Shown here in pieces: positions 32,185 to 36,318 of a stretch of DNA of 36,318 nt; position 1 is the first letter of the stretch; each line of letters begins with the position of its first letter. The stretch spans positions 1 through 36,318 of the forward strand of contig NKIB01015365.1 of assembly GCA_002256025.1 (NCBI GenBank), written 5' to 3'. Source of the stretch: Asterionella formosa. Taxonomy: Eukaryota. The notes beneath the pieces were generated by a model. It was given only the letters and a program-made list of their open reading frames with translations. It had not been told where the DNA came from and made no database searches. The translations under genes and the position numbers were made by a program.

Positions 32185-33726
32185 ATGATACTGAGAATTC
32201 CCAGAGCATCGCCGCTCTTACGGAGCATCCAGATATACCGTCGACAACCCATCATCCGCAATCAAGGTACCATGTGCCTTCTTGGCAGCACGATAAGACC
32301 GCGTCAATCAGCATTCAATATCAACCAAGGATACGCTTCCACCGACGCGTTTTCAACATGTGATTCACAACGATGTCAACACCGATCATTCTCCGCTAAA
32401 CATAATATATCCTACGCCAAAACAGGAATGCTGTCAATTTCGTCCTCCTCGCTCCCCCTTTTTTCGTCAATGATTGAACCTCATCTTGCGACGATCCAAC
32501 TACTCCCTGAAGTACAATATGCTTTGCAGAATGAACCCAGCCCGAGTAGCATCGAAGGTTTGACTCGAGCACTGGATATATTCGCTCAAATGAAACCCGG
32601 AGGAGATGAGTACTGTGCAATTCTTGCAATGTTGGCAGATTGCCACGCTAGAATTGGACAATATAGTCGCGCGCAAGAAGTGCTCAAGACGTTGCAGAAA
32701 CGTAGACGGAACGCATTTGATGTCAACCTTAGCAAATCAAAAGCGGAATGGTGCCTTGGATATTTCTCAGAAGCGTCACACACGTGTATCAATGAAGTAT
32801 TCAGAAGCCGCGGCGTTGTCTTTGAACCTCTGAAGATGAGTACGGCCCAGAACAGCATGGGGCTTATTTCCCTGTTTTTGGAGGGCGAGGAGCGTACTAG
32901 TGACTCAGTTGAAGTTTTAGAAGAAGCTTGCTATGGATTGATCGAGGATTTAAATTCTGAAAAGGGCGACGAAGATTCGGACCAGAAACATGAAATGGGG
33001 AAGGACGAGGCCAACATGGACTTGACAGCAGAAGAAACTGCTGCCATGAACCAAGTTGTAAATGCAGTTCAAGAATCAATAGATTTAACACCACAACCAA
33101 TGACAAATTTGATTCAAACCGATGATCAAATTAAATTAGCAGCAGCCATTGGATTTAACAATCTTGGAATCGCACTGGTAATCAATCCTCAGCCAGAAGG
33201 TGATCACATGGCAGCCTGGAGAGAAGGACTTGACGTGCTGGATCGGCTGGCCACCCAAACAACATTAGCAAATTCGATACGAATTAGATTATTGTTGAAT
33301 CTTGCCATTACTTTATTGAAACAAGAATCGGACGAGTCCCTCAAAACTGCCTCCGGATATGCAAAGGGGGCACTTCGACTCAGCGAGGATCGCAACGGAA
33401 TAGATCCATGTGAATATCATTTTATGCTGGGGCGTTCGCTTTCAGTTGTTGCTTCCTGTTTCCTCAAAGCTGACTCAGCTGTGACGGCAGAAGGTCTTTT
33501 CCAGTCATCGTTGGATGCTCTAAAGAAGGGGGTCGGGCCGTTAAATCAATTAGTCCTGAAAGAAACCTATCTAAAGTACTCCATTCTATGCCAAAAATGG
33601 GACAAGCGTAAGGCTGATGCAAAGAGATTGGAACAAGATCACAAGGGCATTCGTCTTCCCAACGGTTGGAATGGTCAGCAAGAAATCTTGGCTGGCCTTG
33701 TGTTTTATGGTCCGGGAGATTTGTGA
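32185..33726 (+). CDS. TPR-like helical-repeat protein, probably mitochondrial (513 aa)
   Basis: Arg/Ser-rich N-terminus that is nearly free of acidic residues. TPR-like helices (LADCHARIGQYSRAQEVL, AIGFNNLGIAL, AVTAEGLFQSSL). Acidic central insert. Confidence 0.65.
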   Translation: MILRIPRASPLLRSIQIYRRQPIIRNQGTMCLLGSTIRPRQSAFNINQGYASTDAFSTCDSQRCQHRSFSAKHNISYAKTGMLSISSSSLPLFSSMIEPHLATIQLLPEVQYALQNEPSPSSIEGLTRALDIFAQMKPGGDEYCAILAMLADCHARIGQYSRAQEVLKTLQKRRRNAFDVNLSKSKAEWCLGYFSEASHTCINEVFRSRGVVFEPLKMSTAQNSMGLISLFLEGEERTSDSVEVLEEACYGLIEDLNSEKGDEDSDQKHEMGKDEANMDLTAEETAAMNQVVNAVQESIDLTPQPMTNLIQTDDQIKLAAAIGFNNLGIALVINPQPEGDHMAAWREGLDVLDRLATQTTLANSIRIRLLLNLAITLLKQESDESLKTASGYAKGALRLSEDRNGIDPCEYHFMLGRSLSVVASCFLKADSAVTAEGLFQSSLDALKKGVGPLNQLVLKETYLKYSILCQKWDKRKADAKRLEQDHKGIRLPNGWNGQQEILAGLVFYGPGDL

Positions 33727-34095
33727 GAGGAGCCTTACTTTCGAGTTGTTTCAGTGTCTCTAGCTTGACGATTTTTTTTCAGAAATTGTCCATTTGGTGC
33801 TCGCATTCTCACCGTGAACCCTCTTCATGATCCTTGACACTTTTTGATGTTGCTACAATAACACTTGAATTTTATCAACTTACCTTTTTTCATATCAAGA
33901 ATCTTATTATTTTGTCATGACGGCATGTTGGCTTTTCCACCTCGTACAAATCTAAATCATTCCTACCTTTCCAATTCGTAACTCGATTTCTCCCGGGAAA
34001 GTATTTCCAAGTGCCCGCGCATGATTTACAAATTAATTGTTCAGGGCATTGACTATGTAAAGCTTACTGTAAAAATTCGCTGTTGGTATCGTACA

Positions 34096-36015
34096 CTATT
34101 CATTCTTGTCTCCTGAATACCACGGATGATGAACTCCTAGTACCGACATTAAAACATGTTTGTCAAACCATTCCAGATCTTGACATTTGTCTCGAAGATC
34201 CTCCATCAGTTCAATGTTTATGTCATTGTCGTTCATAGCTGCCACAAATTGATCCCACTCTGTCGGTAGTTTGGGCGATCCAAATGCTGCATTATACCAT
34301 TCGTCCTTTATCGCTGGTAACCAAATTCTTACAATTCGCATGTAATTCCGCACAGCTAGCTTTGTTCGATCATCTGCGATGGTGCCACGGTAAAGAAATT
34401 TCCCATTATGTCTCAACCCATTTCCTTCAATCAACGTTTCAGGGACAGTCATGATCGGAAATTCCGATAAGAGCACGATTCCGACTCGCACGCATGGTAC
34501 TTGCACAATACGCGCACGACACATCCAAAACTTTAGTGCTAATGCAATATTCTCACCGTCCATAAATTTTAAGCCTCTGTCAACCGAGTTTAAAATCTCA
34601 TCCTTGCGGACTGCAAACAAGTGACCGTCGAAGAAAGGTGTAGGGTAAGCTTTCCAATTGGATAAGTATTCAGCGCTTAAATCAACATATACCCGCTTCA
34701 ACTTGAGTTCTTCGTCCATCATTAACATGTAATTCGACTTATCACCTTCTTTCTTCAGTTCCAGTTGTGAATTCATCTCATGCACCATGGCCACAGATAG
34801 TGTTCTCGGATCTTCGAGTAGCGGCAATAAAAGCTGTTGCAACCAAGTCCCGGACCACACCTCAACGTATGGATCTACAAAAATGAGATGTTCCGCCTTG
34901 GCTGCCAACATTGCATTGTATCTGCTCAAAACGCGATTGGCAGGAGTGCTGGGCGATCTAGGCTGCAAAATCGAGATCAATTGAGATAGGGCCGTGAGCC
35001 TCTTGAATTCCGCATCAAGGTCATCAATACCCGAGTTTGTAGCAGCATTGTCGTGTACGATGAGAATTTCGGCAATGAGATGACTAGGCGTTCGGGCCAG
35101 AATAGAGTGCACCGTTGTGCTTAGTAAGTCTATGGGATAACCCTCGTAGACTGGACCAATGATTATGGAAACCTGAGGAAATTTTTCGAGGTCAAATCTG
35201 TATCGCCCACATGTGACTGAATAAATACCGGCAGATGCAAATGTGACGTCTCTCAGAGCAGTGAGCTTGTCTTCAAAATCTTCGGTCACAAATTTTTTGG
35301 CCAGGTAATTATCTTCAGTTGCAGCCATCCACCAAGAATCTTGATAAAGAATAGTAGTGTTTATCGGAGTTACCATAGTCCAACCCATATCGCTCGCAGG
35401 CCGAACGGGACTGGTCACAACATCGTCGTCGCTAAGTGGTGTTGCGGTATTACTCTCATAAGAAGTAATAAGAACTAAAACAATCATTAGAACTGCCAAG
35501 AAATACACCGAATGATCTGCTGTGACAAAACTAAGAAATTGCACATTTGGCAGGACGAGTTTAGGTGGCCATTCGTCACGATCATCCATCAGTGTAGGTT
35601 TACTAGGCTTGCGATCAGCAGCTGGACGAGACATCAAATGAGATACAACGGCCAAAGAATCTTCGCCCGTATCCAAACTGCTGCCCCGTCGTCGAATCCC
35701 AGTCCTACTCTTTCCTGGTTTGTGGTTCTTCTTTGTGGACCCATCACAATCAAGACATAGTCGAAACGGAGAATCATCAGTTCCAACAGGAGTCCCACAA
35801 TCTAGATGCATTGGACAGTCGCAACCAGGACACGATGCTTCCACGCCACTTGTGTCCATAGCGTCCATGCATCCACCACACAGTGGCGCAGCCGGTGGGG
35901 CTGGTTTTCGATTGTAGTCTTGTAGCTCAATACCTCCACCTTCATTGGAAGCATCATGAGATAACAAGCTTGACTCTTCGTCTTTTGGGAATCCAGCAAC
36001 GCCGGCCACCACCAT
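34096..36015 (-). CDS. Type II membrane ppGalNAc-T (GT27)-like protein with N-terminal PHD-type finger; catalytic motifs degenerate (639 aa)
   Basis: Single TM segment (YFLAVLMIVLVLI). GT27 landmarks PQVSIII, TVHSILARTPSHLIAEILIVHD, WLQQLL, PTP..GHLFAV, GENIALALKFWMC...VPCVRVG and CQDLEWF. N-terminal C-x2-C-x12-C-x2-C-x4-H-x2-C-x13-C-x2-C. Confidence 0.82.
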   Translation of the reverse strand: MVVAGVAGFPKDEESSLLSHDASNEGGGIELQDYNRKPAPPAAPLCGGCMDAMDTSGVEASCPGCDCPMHLDCGTPVGTDDSPFRLCLDCDGSTKKNHKPGKSRTGIRRRGSSLDTGEDSLAVVSHLMSRPAADRKPSKPTLMDDRDEWPPKLVLPNVQFLSFVTADHSVYFLAVLMIVLVLITSYESNTATPLSDDDVVTSPVRPASDMGWTMVTPINTTILYQDSWWMAATEDNYLAKKFVTEDFEDKLTALRDVTFASAGIYSVTCGRYRFDLEKFPQVSIIIGPVYEGYPIDLLSTTVHSILARTPSHLIAEILIVHDNAATNSGIDDLDAEFKRLTALSQLISILQPRSPSTPANRVLSRYNAMLAAKAEHLIFVDPYVEVWSGTWLQQLLLPLLEDPRTLSVAMVHEMNSQLELKKEGDKSNYMLMMDEELKLKRVYVDLSAEYLSNWKAYPTPFFDGHLFAVRKDEILNSVDRGLKFMDGENIALALKFWMCRARIVQVPCVRVGIVLLSEFPIMTVPETLIEGNGLRHNGKFLYRGTIADDRTKLAVRNYMRIVRIWLPAIKDEWYNAAFGSPKLPTEWDQFVAAMNDNDINIELMEDLRDKCQDLEWFDKHVLMSVLGVHHPWYSGDKNE

Positions 36016-36318
36016 GGTTGAAAAGAAGGGACGGCTTATGTATATAGCTCACTTTTTTCAAATACTGTCTGCATGGGTACAACAACAAAGTGTAGCAAGA
36101 TGTGTTCCACTAATGTACTCGTCAAGGAAACATAAAAAATCCTTTTTTGGTTCCCATCAGTTGTTCTTCTATGCTGTCGTCGATATTATTAGCTAGTCGA
36201 GAACAAAATCATGGGGGTTGCAGATAGTGTAACCGACATACTGAATTTCCTGTAGAGTCTACAAAATAGGTAATTTATATGCTTCATACAAAAGACAAAT
36301 ATGGCGGCATATAATTAT

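Overview
Gene-dense eukaryotic nuclear DNA, most likely from a diatom. This is inferred from a CoDi-type Ty1/copia element, short GT-AG introns, bipartite signal/transit-like N-termini and an HSF gene. The window opens with the 3' end of a decayed copia element (RT-RNase H with one in-frame TGA, polypurine tract, 267-bp LTR). About 15 protein genes follow: fibrillin/PAP-like, C2H2+ankyrin, ARM-repeat, secreted EF-hand, CDK-like kinase, HSF, a frameshifted PDZ-like gene, class-3 lipase-like, signal-peptide-bearing proteasome alpha-like, DHX16/Prp2 helicase, APE1/ExoIII, a probable TIM-barrel protein, SIRT4-type sirtuin, TPR-like and GT27-like. There is also one tRNA-Asn(GTT), several TE relics and two N gaps. 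The most notable observations are: (1) the CDK-like kinase appears to carry its own C-terminal cyclin box, i.e. a natural CDK-cyclin fusion; (2) a type-II membrane ppGalNAc-T-like protein with a degenerate active site has a cytosolic PHD-type C4HC3 finger; (3) a family of TACC(N0-2)GGTA palindromic repeats clusters 5' of genes and is nearly absent from convergent 3' spacers; (4) a PIP box sits in a loop of the APE1 catalytic domain. All exon structures and domain calls were made by eye, without database searches.
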